Positions 1 to 7,410 of a stretch of 36,003 nucleotides of DNA are shown here, in pieces. Each line of letters opens with the position of its first letter. The first letter of the stretch is position 1. Both the position numbers and the translations under genes were made by a program. The stretch is from Akkermansiaceae bacterium (GTDB lineage: Bacteria > Verrucomicrobiota > Verrucomicrobiia > Verrucomicrobiales > Akkermansiaceae): assembly GCA_033722655.1 (NCBI GenBank), contig JAWVYP010000001.1, positions 1 to 36,003 of the forward strand, read 5' to 3'. The notes under the pieces are model-generated. The model was given only the letters and a program-made list of their open reading frames with translations. It ran no database searches and was not told the DNA's origin.

Positions 1-134
1 TCGCCGATGGTGACCTTGCCCTTGTCGGAGGTGATTTCGCCATCGATGGTGCCGTCGATGATCATGTCGTTGCTGAAACGGATGGAACCGGTGATTTCGA
101 TGCCGCTGGAGAGAACGTTGGTGGGATTGGCCAT
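1..134 (-). CDS. Bactofilin / polymer-forming cytoskeletal protein (CcmA family), 5' part only; continues beyond the window edge
   Basis: Not in the ORF track. Manual translation from ATG at 134 gives MANPTNVLSSGIEITGSIRFSNDMIIDGTIDGEITSDKGKVTIG, a typical bactofilin beta-helix repeat pattern. Confidence 0.85.
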   Translation of the reverse strand, partial: MANPTNVLSSGIEITGSIRFSNDMIIDGTIDGEITSDKGKVTIG

Positions 135-351
135 TGCGGGATGAAAATGCACAGGAGAGGGCATTCTTGGCAACTTCAAAGATGGCCGTGGGCGCCGAAA
201 GACTCGCCACCGCCGTCTGAAAAAAAGTGGAAAATCTACAAATAAATTTCCCTCGGCTGCGTCTCATCCAAGTGAAGGCCCTTTACTTTGATGAGATCAG
301 GGCCAAGCTACCTGTATAATACACACCCCATTACTCCCCATTACTGACCCC

Positions 352-816
352 ATGAAACCGCTATTTGCCATCATTCTCGGTTCCCTGACCCCTTTTCTGC
401 TGGTCTCCTGCTTTCCCAAGGATCTGACCGGTGATGCCTACTCCCGGGACGAAGTGGGCCAGGCTCAGCAAATCCGTAGGGGCACCGTGGAGAGTGTTCG
501 CTATGTCGAAATCCAAGCCGGCCAGGGCGCGGGCTCAACCATTGGCGCCATTGCTGGTGGCATTGCCGGCAGTACGATCGGTAGCGGCAGCGGCAGAACG
601 CTGGGCGTTCTCGGTGGTGCGGCTGCTGGCTCCGTTGCAGGTGGTGCAGTCCAACAGACCACCGGCAACCGCCAAGGTGTCGAAATCACCGTCAAATTTG
701 ACGATGGAGGCGAATCCGAGGCCTTTGTCCAGCAGCATGCGGTCCGCGAGCCCTTCAACGTCGGCGACCGGGTGAAAGTGCTCTACGGCAGCGGCCGGGT
801 CCGCGTGACCCACTGA
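352..816 (+). CDS. Outer-membrane lipoprotein, SlyB-like (glycine zipper 2TM)
   Basis: Lipobox-like LLVSC; glycine zipper GAIAGGIAGSTIGSG...GGAAAGSVAG; C-terminal GVEITV...VQ...F.VGDRV typical of SlyB/Pcp. Confidence 0.85.
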   Translation: MKPLFAIILGSLTPFLLVSCFPKDLTGDAYSRDEVGQAQQIRRGTVESVRYVEIQAGQGAGSTIGAIAGGIAGSTIGSGSGRTLGVLGGAAAGSVAGGAVQQTTGNRQGVEITVKFDDGGESEAFVQQHAVREPFNVGDRVKVLYGSGRVRVTH

Positions 817-840
817 TTGAGTTTTTCCTGCAAGTTTCGC

Positions 841-875
841 AAGCTGCACCACGCAACCAGTGGTGCAGCTTTTTT
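841..875 (+). terminator. Rho-independent terminator after the SlyB-like gene
   Basis: Perfect 11-bp stem AAGCTGCACCA / TGGTGCAGCTT with a 9-nt loop, running into a T6 tract, 24 nt after the stop. Confidence 0.75.
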
Positions 876-886
876 GTGCAATGTCC

Positions 887-1630
887 ATGAAACGACCTCC
901 CCTCATCCAGTTGCTGACCTTCATCCTGTCTGCCGGCCTTGCATCTGCCCAGAATTCCACACCGCACGCCTCGAAAGGAGAGCTCTTCGAAGGCCCTGAA
1001 TTCCGCATGGCCTTCAGGAATCCGCAGGATGAGGAGGGCTTGCCGAGCGTGTTGCTGATCGGCGATTCCATCTCCATCGGCTACACAATCGACGTTCGCA
1101 AGCTCTTGGCCGGCAAGGCCAATGTCCACCGCATTCCGGGCAACGGCCAGACATCGGGACATGGAGTTGAGAACCTGCCCAAGTGGTTGGGAGACAAAAA
1201 GTGGGATGTCATCCACTTCAACTGGGGCTTATGGGACGTGGCCTACCGCCACCCGGATTCCAAAGTCCCGGGCAAGCGCGACAAGGTGAACGGCACGCTG
1301 TCCACCACGCCCGAACAATACCGCAAGAATCTCGAGGCCGCCGTGGCCATCCTCAAGCAGACGGGCGCCAAGCTGATCTGGTGCGCGACCACACCCATAC
1401 CGGAGGGAGAGCCCGGACGTCATGCGGGTGACGCTGCAAAATACAACGAAATCGCCGCGGAGGTGATGAAGAAGCACGGCATAGGGATCAACGATCTGCA
1501 CCGCCACGCCAGCAAACGCCTGCCCGAAATCGCCATCCAGCCGGGGGACGTGCACTTCACCGACGAAGGCAGTGCTTACCTGGCGCTGCAGGTGGCGGAG
1601 TCCATCCTCGAGTCAATCGAGGCCAAGTGA
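887..1630 (+). CDS. Secreted SGNH/GDSL-family hydrolase
   Basis: GDSIS block I, FNWGLWD block III, DVHF block V; signal peptide. Start is probably ATG 881 or 887 rather than 860, which lies within the terminator hairpin. Confidence 0.85.
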   Translation: MKRPPLIQLLTFILSAGLASAQNSTPHASKGELFEGPEFRMAFRNPQDEEGLPSVLLIGDSISIGYTIDVRKLLAGKANVHRIPGNGQTSGHGVENLPKWLGDKKWDVIHFNWGLWDVAYRHPDSKVPGKRDKVNGTLSTTPEQYRKNLEAAVAILKQTGAKLIWCATTPIPEGEPGRHAGDAAKYNEIAAEVMKKHGIGINDLHRHASKRLPEIAIQPGDVHFTDEGSAYLALQVAESILESIEAK

Positions 1631-3580
1631 TCAGCTGCAGAAGTGGTGATGGAGGATGTGAAGGCCCAGGAGGTGGTTGAGCAGGGCGTCCTTGCGCACC
1701 AGAGAGGTTGGATCGGTGTCGTCGCGGTAGCCCTGGATGAACTGGTCCACAGCGTCTTGGGAGAGAATGCCACAGCGGCCTACTGCATCGCGGTTGAGGA
1801 AGCCGTCGATGAGTTCATTGACCTTGGCCTTCTTCTTCTCGTCGGTGTGGGCCGGCGGCGCCATGAAGGCGAACTTCTCGCGCTTGTAGAGAATCTCGGG
1901 CAGCACGCCACGCACGGCTTCGCGCAGTACGTATTTCTCGATGTTGCCCTTGATGCGGTAGTGGGGCGGCACCTTGAAGGCAGCCTCCGCGAGGTGGTGG
2001 TCGAGGAATGCCGGACGGGATTCCATCGAGTTGGCCATGTCCACGCGGTCACCACCCCAGTTGAGGATCTGGCCCTCAAGCTGGCACTTGGCCCAGGTGT
2101 ATTGGGCGCGGTCGAGCGGGTGGCGGTTTTCCATCATCTTGCCATCGATGCGTGAGGCGATTTCCTCGATGGGATCGTATTCCAGCAGCTCCTTGTGGTC
2201 CTGGTTGAGCAGGGGCTTCACCAACTCAAGCGTTTCCATCCAAGGCTGAATCCAAGAGGGGGTGAACCCACAGATGGCGTCAAATGCGGGGTGGTGGCGC
2301 TCGTTTTCGGAGAGGATGGCACCCTTGAAGAGGCTGTTGGTTTTTTCGAGCGCCTCCTTGTATTCGGCGCGGATGTGCTCGGGCTCGTGATCGATGCCGT
2401 GCAGGAACATGTCCTTCTTGAAGCCGGGATAGCCCGCAAACAACTCGTCGGAGCCCTCACCGGTGACCACGCAGCGGTAGCCGCAGTCCCAGACGCGCTT
2501 GGACATCAGGTTCTTGGCCACGCCGAGGGTGTTGTAGAAGGTCCGCTCCGCGTGCCAGACGGTGTCGATGTAGTTCTGGCCGTAGAGGTCGTCGGCAGCG
2601 AGGGTGATCATCTCCTGGTCGGCATTCATCGAGACCGCCATCTCGCGGGCAATGCTCGACTCGTCGTAGTCGTCATTGTCGAAGGCAATGGTGAAAGCCT
2701 TGACGGGAGACTGCATGGCACCACTGGCGAGGCCGAGAATGCAGCAGGAGTCGATGCCTCCGGAGAGGTAGCAGCCGACCGGCACATCGGCCTCCAGGCG
2801 CAGGACGACGGCTTCGGTGAGCTGTTCGCGCACCAGATCGACGTGGTATTGCTCGTTCTCGGGCTCGTCGTGACCGCCTTCCTCGGGGAAGTCGAGGTCC
2901 CAGTATTTGATGGTCTCGGTCTCGAGCCGGTCGCCCTTCTTGCGGACACGCATGACATGGCCCGGAGCGAGGGAGTGGATGTTGCGAAACGCACTCATGC
3001 CCGGCGCGATGGTCTGCATCAGCTGGTGCACGGCGGCCTTGGGATCGAGTTCGGCCGGGATATCAGGATGGGCCAGCAGGGCCTTGACCTCGGAACCCCA
3101 GTGAATGGTGTGGTTGTCCTCGATGTGGATGAAAAGCGGACGGATGCCCCAGCGGTCGCGGGCGATCAGCAGTTCCTCCTGCTCGCGGTCGTAGAGAACG
3201 AAGGCGAACTCACCGCGCAGGTGCTGGAGAAAATCGAGGCCCATCTTGCGGTAAAGGCCGATGGCGATTTCGGAGTCCGACTTGGAGGCGAAACGCTGGC
3301 CTTCGGCCATCAGCAGGGAACGGTACTTCTTGAAGTTGTAGAACTCGCCGTTGACGGTGGTCACATAGCGCTTGTCCTGGGAGTGGATGGGTTGCGCGCC
3401 ACCCTCAAGGTCGTTGATGGACAGGCGAGTGTGCCCAAGGGCGATGCCTTGTTCGGTGTCCATCCAGCAGGTCTGGGCGTCAGGGCCGCGGTGGAGGATG
3501 GCCTTGAGCTGATCCATCAGGACGAGTTCGCGGGATTGGTGAAGGGGTCGGGCGGAGAAGGATCCGGCTATGCCACACAT
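1631..3580 (-). CDS. asnB: Asparagine synthase B-family glutamine-dependent amidotransferase (substrate probably not aspartate; see findings)
   Basis: N-terminal MCGIAG (Ntn Cys), HRGPD, LGHTRLSI.D, NGEFYN, PP-loop LSGGIDS, TGEGSDELFAGY, DRVDMANSMESRPAFLD. Confidence 0.9.
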   Translation of the reverse strand: MCGIAGSFSARPLHQSRELVLMDQLKAILHRGPDAQTCWMDTEQGIALGHTRLSINDLEGGAQPIHSQDKRYVTTVNGEFYNFKKYRSLLMAEGQRFASKSDSEIAIGLYRKMGLDFLQHLRGEFAFVLYDREQEELLIARDRWGIRPLFIHIEDNHTIHWGSEVKALLAHPDIPAELDPKAAVHQLMQTIAPGMSAFRNIHSLAPGHVMRVRKKGDRLETETIKYWDLDFPEEGGHDEPENEQYHVDLVREQLTEAVVLRLEADVPVGCYLSGGIDSCCILGLASGAMQSPVKAFTIAFDNDDYDESSIAREMAVSMNADQEMITLAADDLYGQNYIDTVWHAERTFYNTLGVAKNLMSKRVWDCGYRCVVTGEGSDELFAGYPGFKKDMFLHGIDHEPEHIRAEYKEALEKTNSLFKGAILSENERHHPAFDAICGFTPSWIQPWMETLELVKPLLNQDHKELLEYDPIEEIASRIDGKMMENRHPLDRAQYTWAKCQLEGQILNWGGDRVDMANSMESRPAFLDHHLAEAAFKVPPHYRIKGNIEKYVLREAVRGVLPEILYKREKFAFMAPPAHTDEKKKAKVNELIDGFLNRDAVGRCGILSQDAVDQFIQGYRDDTDPTSLVRKDALLNHLLGLHILHHHFCS

Positions 3581-3587
3581 GGTAGTA

Positions 3588-3622
3588 AGTTTAGAGTTAG
3601 GAGTTGGGAATGATGAGTTTGT
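3588..3622. repeat. Degenerate 7-bp tandem repeat downstream of the four-helix-bundle gene
   Basis: AGTTTAG AGTTAGG AGTTGGG AATGATG AGTTTGT, 7-bp periodicity. Confidence 0.55.
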
Positions 3623-3994
3623 CAGTTGGTTATGGCCGAACTGCAGCTCTTTGAGCTTTTTAGAATGGTGACGAAATTGCGATTAGCTGATCCGTTTCGT
3701 TTTCGAGATCTTCGAGCTTGCCGGGGGGAGAAGCTCAGCGTTTCGAATCAGCTCCAACCAGTAGGCGGTTTCGTCGAGTTCCTTGAGGCTGTCTCCAATT
3801 TTAGCTTCAAATTCAGCCTTCGAACGGGATCGGCAGGCCTCTCTGTGATTAGCGCCAACAGATGAACTGGAGCGGAGCATCTGTCTGCCATAGACCCTAG
3901 ATTCTTCAGATCTTGGCAACGCACGGAAAAGCCTGAGACATCGCAGCGAATAGGACATGAGTCGATCGCGCAGTTCTTTGGTTTTCTCGTTCAT
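3622..3994 (-). pseudogene. Four-helix-bundle protein (23S rRNA intervening-sequence protein / Avd-like family), apparently frameshifted near the C-terminus
   Basis: QMLRSSSSVGANHREA.R.RSKAEF..K...LKELDET.YWLELI family pattern. The expected last helix (KLEDLENETDQLIAI / FVTIL) is recovered only by adding one base at the G6 run 3723-3728 and one at the A3 run 3674-3676. The unshifted ORF stops at 3683. Confidence 0.7.
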
Positions 3995-4020
3995 GATTAG
4001 CGAGGGTGATTTCAATTCTA

Positions 4021-4041
4021 ATATCAGAAATCAGATATCTT
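4021..4041. repeat. 7-bp tandem repeat upstream of the four-helix-bundle gene
   Basis: ATATCAG AAATCAG ATATCTT. Confidence 0.5.
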
Positions 4042-5141
4042 CACTTGAAATCCGGGAGGCGGTCGAGGCGACCGAGGATGGCGAGCATCAGGGCTTGGCG
4101 GACGAAGACCGCGCCGTGGGCCTGGGAGAAGTAGAGGTTGTGGGGCGTCTTATCGAGTGAGGTGTCGAGTTCGTCGAGACGGGCCAAGGGGTGGAGAATG
4201 ACGGCCTCTTGCTTGAGCGGGCTATTGGCATCGAGCTTGTAACGGGCATCCAGCGACTTGTAGGAGTCGCCGAGGAAGGCGATGGAGTTCATGTAGATGA
4301 CGTCCAGACGCGGCAGATTCTCCCGGATGTCGTTGGTGACCTCGTATTCGATCTTTGCACGGTCGAGACTGTCGGTGACATCCTTGCCGAAGGGATCGGC
4401 CATTTCGGAAATCACGGTCACCTTGGCGATGTGGTCGCTGAAGAGCAGCGACATCAGCAGGAAGGACTTCACCGCGCGCATCGAACCGGGAGTGCCGAGG
4501 ATGCCCAGTTGCAGTTTCTTGCCGTCCTTTTCGACGGGCATGGCCAGTTGCGGCCGCCATTTGAGGATGGCAAACCAGTCGGCGAGGGCCTGGGTGGGGT
4601 GCTCGCCCGAGCCGTTGCCGGCGTTGATCAGGGGGACCCGGAGGTTTTCGAGGATGCGCTTTGGGGCATCGGTGTCGGTGTGACGCATGACCACGCAGTC
4701 GCAGTAGGCGTTGAACATCTCACCGATGTCCTGCAGCGACTCGCCCTTCTTGGCGCCGGTTACAGAACCGTCGGGAATGGAGATGATCTTGCCACCCAGG
4801 CGATAGACCGCGCTTTCGAAGCTGGTGCGGGTGCGGGTGGAGGCCTCAAAGAAGGCCGTCGTGGTGATCTTGCCGTCCAGGGGGTGATGCGGCCAGATTT
4901 CGACCTGCTCCAGCACTGCGGCGAGTTTGCAGAGGTGAATGACCTGGTTCATGCTGAATTGGCGCGCGAAGAGCACGTTCTGACCGGTCAGTTCGGCGAG
5001 CACATTCAGGTCCGGAGGTTCCGGACTGAACAGGTTGCTGGGTTCCGGGCGGGTGGCTTCGGAGCCCCGGGGCGGCTTGAGGTAGGGTGTAGCCGGATTC
5101 GGATCGAAGGATTCCGGGTTGGGGTCGAATGAGTTTTTCAT
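4041..5141 (-). CDS. Aspartate carbamoyltransferase-like transcarbamylase with an altered acceptor site
   Basis: Carbamoyl-phosphate motifs FFEASTRTR, KKGESL.D, VMRH, HPTQ and HPLAR are present. The PyrB YMTRVQKER motif is replaced by YMNSIAFLG. Confidence 0.85.
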   Translation of the reverse strand: MKNSFDPNPESFDPNPATPYLKPPRGSEATRPEPSNLFSPEPPDLNVLAELTGQNVLFARQFSMNQVIHLCKLAAVLEQVEIWPHHPLDGKITTTAFFEASTRTRTSFESAVYRLGGKIISIPDGSVTGAKKGESLQDIGEMFNAYCDCVVMRHTDTDAPKRILENLRVPLINAGNGSGEHPTQALADWFAILKWRPQLAMPVEKDGKKLQLGILGTPGSMRAVKSFLLMSLLFSDHIAKVTVISEMADPFGKDVTDSLDRAKIEYEVTNDIRENLPRLDVIYMNSIAFLGDSYKSLDARYKLDANSPLKQEAVILHPLARLDELDTSLDKTPHNLYFSQAHGAVFVRQALMLAILGRLDRLPDFK

Positions 5142-5224
5142 GGCTTGTTAAGGAAGGTGGTAAGGAAAAAAAGGGGGGGTAATGGGAAAAAAAGGGGGAA
5201 GCGATCGGTTGGCGCGGCGAAACC

Positions 5225-5344
5225 TTACCAGAGCTCCTTGTTTTTCCAATCCCTGAACAGGAGGACGAGCAAAGTGATCACCCCCAGACCTGTCCAGGTC
5301 AGGGCGACGATGGTGAGTACGAAGAGAAAGGTTGAGGAAAACAT
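5225..5344 (-). CDS. 39-aa single-pass membrane peptide, below the ORF-track cutoff
   Basis: MFSSTFLFVLTIVALTWTGLGVITLLVLLFRDWKNKELW*; ATG 3 nt after the symporter stop; one hydrophobic helix and a charged tail. Confidence 0.7.
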   Translation of the reverse strand: MFSSTFLFVLTIVALTWTGLGVITLLVLLFRDWKNKELW

Positions 5345-5347
5345 GGT

Positions 5348-6766
5348 TCAGGCTTTGCGATCAATGGGTGTGGGAGAAATCCAGCGGGCGGCGATGGTGA
5401 TGACCATGGAAACCGAAGCGCCGATGAGGGAGGCCGTAAACCAGCCCAAGAGGTAATACGCCAGGACGCCAACCGTGCAGGCCACGCCAATTCCGACCAA
5501 TACCAACTTGCGGTTGATTTTCTGCCAATACAGGCCGGCAATGATGGGCCAGATCAGAGATGCGACCAGAGGCCCGGAAAGGTAGAGCACCTTGACGATC
5601 GGCCAGCGGGGCAGCGACAGCGACCAGACCAGCAAGCCAACTGCGATGGTCACGATGCCGGCGATCTTGTGGAAGTTGCCTTCTTGGATCTCCTTGCCGA
5701 GGACGACCTTGGTCATGTCGCTGAGAATCAGGTCTGAGGTTGCGGCCAACAGGGAGTCGATGGAGGAGGCGATGGAGCAGAAAAGCACCACCAGGATCAG
5801 CAAGCCAGCGATCATGCCGAAGCCGGCCTGCAACAGGACGTGTTCGGCGACCACCGGGCCAGTCTGGTTGACATCGGTGATGTTGACCCCCAGGGGAGTG
5901 GCGGCGATGGCGGCAAATCCGGCTGCCACCGGGATGGGCAACCAGAGGAGACCCGCCAGGAAAAAGGCCTTGGGCGCGATGTCCTTGCGGATGGCAAAGG
6001 CACGGGACCACCAGACGTTGTTGTGGAAGACCTCACCGAAGCCGAAGAGCATCAGGTTGAAGAGGGAGAGCAGGGCGACGGGCATCCCGTAATGGAGCAA
6101 GGTGGGCTGGGTTTCGACGATGCTTTGGTGGGCCTTGGGCACGTCAATCTGGTTGAGCACCAGGACGCCAATCAGCAAGATGCCGCCAAGAATGATGAGG
6201 CTCTGCACAAAGTCGGTTCCCACCACCGCATAGAGGCCACCGAAGAGGGTGTACAGGACACAGACCACCAGGATCAGTGTCATGCCCTGCCAGTAGGGGA
6301 TATCCGCCAAGGCCTTGAGCAACTCACCACCGGCGATCGACATGGTGACCAGCCAGGCGATCGAATAGATCAGGGTGATGATCATGAAGAGAACCCAACC
6401 AGCCTTGCCAAAACGGTGATGAAAAAAATCCCCAGCCGTCATTCCCTTGGGCAGGATGCTGCGGATGCGCAGGCAAAGCGGGGCAAAGAGCAGCAAACCG
6501 AATGCAGCTGCGGAATATCCCAACATTCCCCAGATTCCCTGGGTGAAGGCCAATTTCGGAGCCACCATGACCGTGTTGGAGGTGATCCAGGTGGCCATGG
6601 CAGTCGCGGCACCCAAGGCGAGGCCGATGTTGCGGCCAGCAAGCATGAAGCCCTCGGAGTCCTGGGACTTGCGTCCCCACCAGATGCCGAGCCCCACCCA
6701 GATGATGCCCAAGGTGATGACCACGGACCAGCCGACGGGTGCTGAAATGGAGACAGCAAGAATCAT
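5348..6766 (-). CDS. Sodium:solute symporter (SSS family, urea transporter DUR3-like)
   Basis: About 13 hydrophobic segments; F.LAGRN.G, ATWITSNT, YTLFGGLYAVVGTDFVQ, ASSIDSLL.A SSS-type motifs; start overlaps the upstream stop (ATGA). Confidence 0.88.
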   Translation of the reverse strand: MILAVSISAPVGWSVVITLGIIWVGLGIWWGRKSQDSEGFMLAGRNIGLALGAATAMATWITSNTVMVAPKLAFTQGIWGMLGYSAAAFGLLLFAPLCLRIRSILPKGMTAGDFFHHRFGKAGWVLFMIITLIYSIAWLVTMSIAGGELLKALADIPYWQGMTLILVVCVLYTLFGGLYAVVGTDFVQSLIILGGILLIGVLVLNQIDVPKAHQSIVETQPTLLHYGMPVALLSLFNLMLFGFGEVFHNNVWWSRAFAIRKDIAPKAFFLAGLLWLPIPVAAGFAAIAATPLGVNITDVNQTGPVVAEHVLLQAGFGMIAGLLILVVLFCSIASSIDSLLAATSDLILSDMTKVVLGKEIQEGNFHKIAGIVTIAVGLLVWSLSLPRWPIVKVLYLSGPLVASLIWPIIAGLYWQKINRKLVLVGIGVACTVGVLAYYLLGWFTASLIGASVSMVITIAARWISPTPIDRKA

Positions 6767-7410
6767 GCGTCCAGATTGCGGTGTTTGTGGGAAAGATGAC
6801 CATGGGCGATGGCACTGACCGTAATCAGCACCACCAGTCCTCCGAGAATGAGCAACAAGCGGATCTGGCTCCTTGGCATGTATTTGACTTCGGCGACGAG
6901 CACCTCAGACCAGGGGCCGGGCTCTCCGTCCACGTCCTGGATGCGCACGCGAAACCTGTGGGTGCCCTCAGCAAGCCCCGTGACCACACTGGATTGGTCC
7001 ATGCCTTCGTAGCGTCTTTCAAAGGTATCCGGCGATGAGGGCTGGGTCGCCTGAAGTAGGAAAGGACCATTGTGTTTGGTGGTCCAGCGCAGGTCGATCA
7101 CGCCTTCCCTGGAGTGGTAAATGCCATCCTCTCCCGGCTTGGGTAGATCCTCGCTTTTCAGGCTCAGCGTCTGAGCTCCCAGAGTGGCAACGCTGGTTAT
7201 GAACACAGCAAAGACCAGACCGGTGAGAGCCGATCGGCAAAACTGGACGCTGGAACGGAAATTCCTGATGACGAAGTCGTGTGTGGAGGCCGCGCACGAA
7301 GGCTTACAGGTGCGACAACTTGGCGCTAGCTTTGCCAGTGAAGCCCATGGATTGCAAATTCTTTCTGGATTGAGTCCAGATCCGCCTTTTACTGGTAGCC
7401 ATGCAGACAA
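6763..7410 (-). CDS. Membrane-anchored protein with a fibronectin type III-like domain; true start probably downstream of 7410 (about 7200-7270)
   Basis: Signal-like stretch, LRW...Y.G...VTGL.EG...FRVR...GPWS FN3-like pattern, C-terminal TM helix; coupled to the symporter. The first ~50 codons of the called ORF overlap the divergent promoter region. Confidence 0.65.
   Translation of the reverse strand: MSAWLPVKGGSGLNPERICNPWASLAKLAPSCRTCKPSCAASTHDFVIRNFRSSVQFCRSALTGLVFAVFITSVATLGAQTLSLKSEDLPKPGEDGIYHSREGVIDLRWTTKHNGPFLLQATQPSSPDTFERRYEGMDQSSVVTGLAEGTHRFRVRIQDVDGEPGPWSEVLVAEVKYMPRSQIRLLLILGGLVVLITVSAIAHGHLSHKHRNLDA
7320..7337. promoter_or_regulatory. Sigma54 (-24/-12)-type motif readable on both strands, between the divergent arms
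   Basis: Plus: TTGGCGCTAGCTTTGCC. Minus: TGGCAAAGCTAGCGCC. Both have GG-N10-GC. Confidence 0.5.

Noticed and set aside
3622-3994. Diversity-generating retroelement suggested by the Avd-like gene
   Set aside because: No reverse transcriptase and no template/variable repeat pair seen in the window.
2195-5132. Plus-strand ORFs of 472 aa and 313 aa opposite asnB and the transcarbamylase
   Set aside because: Antisense shadow frames of well-supported genes.
4041-5141. Calling this gene pyrB for pyrimidine biosynthesis
   Set aside because: Aspartate-specific residues are missing and there is no pyr gene context; symbol withheld.
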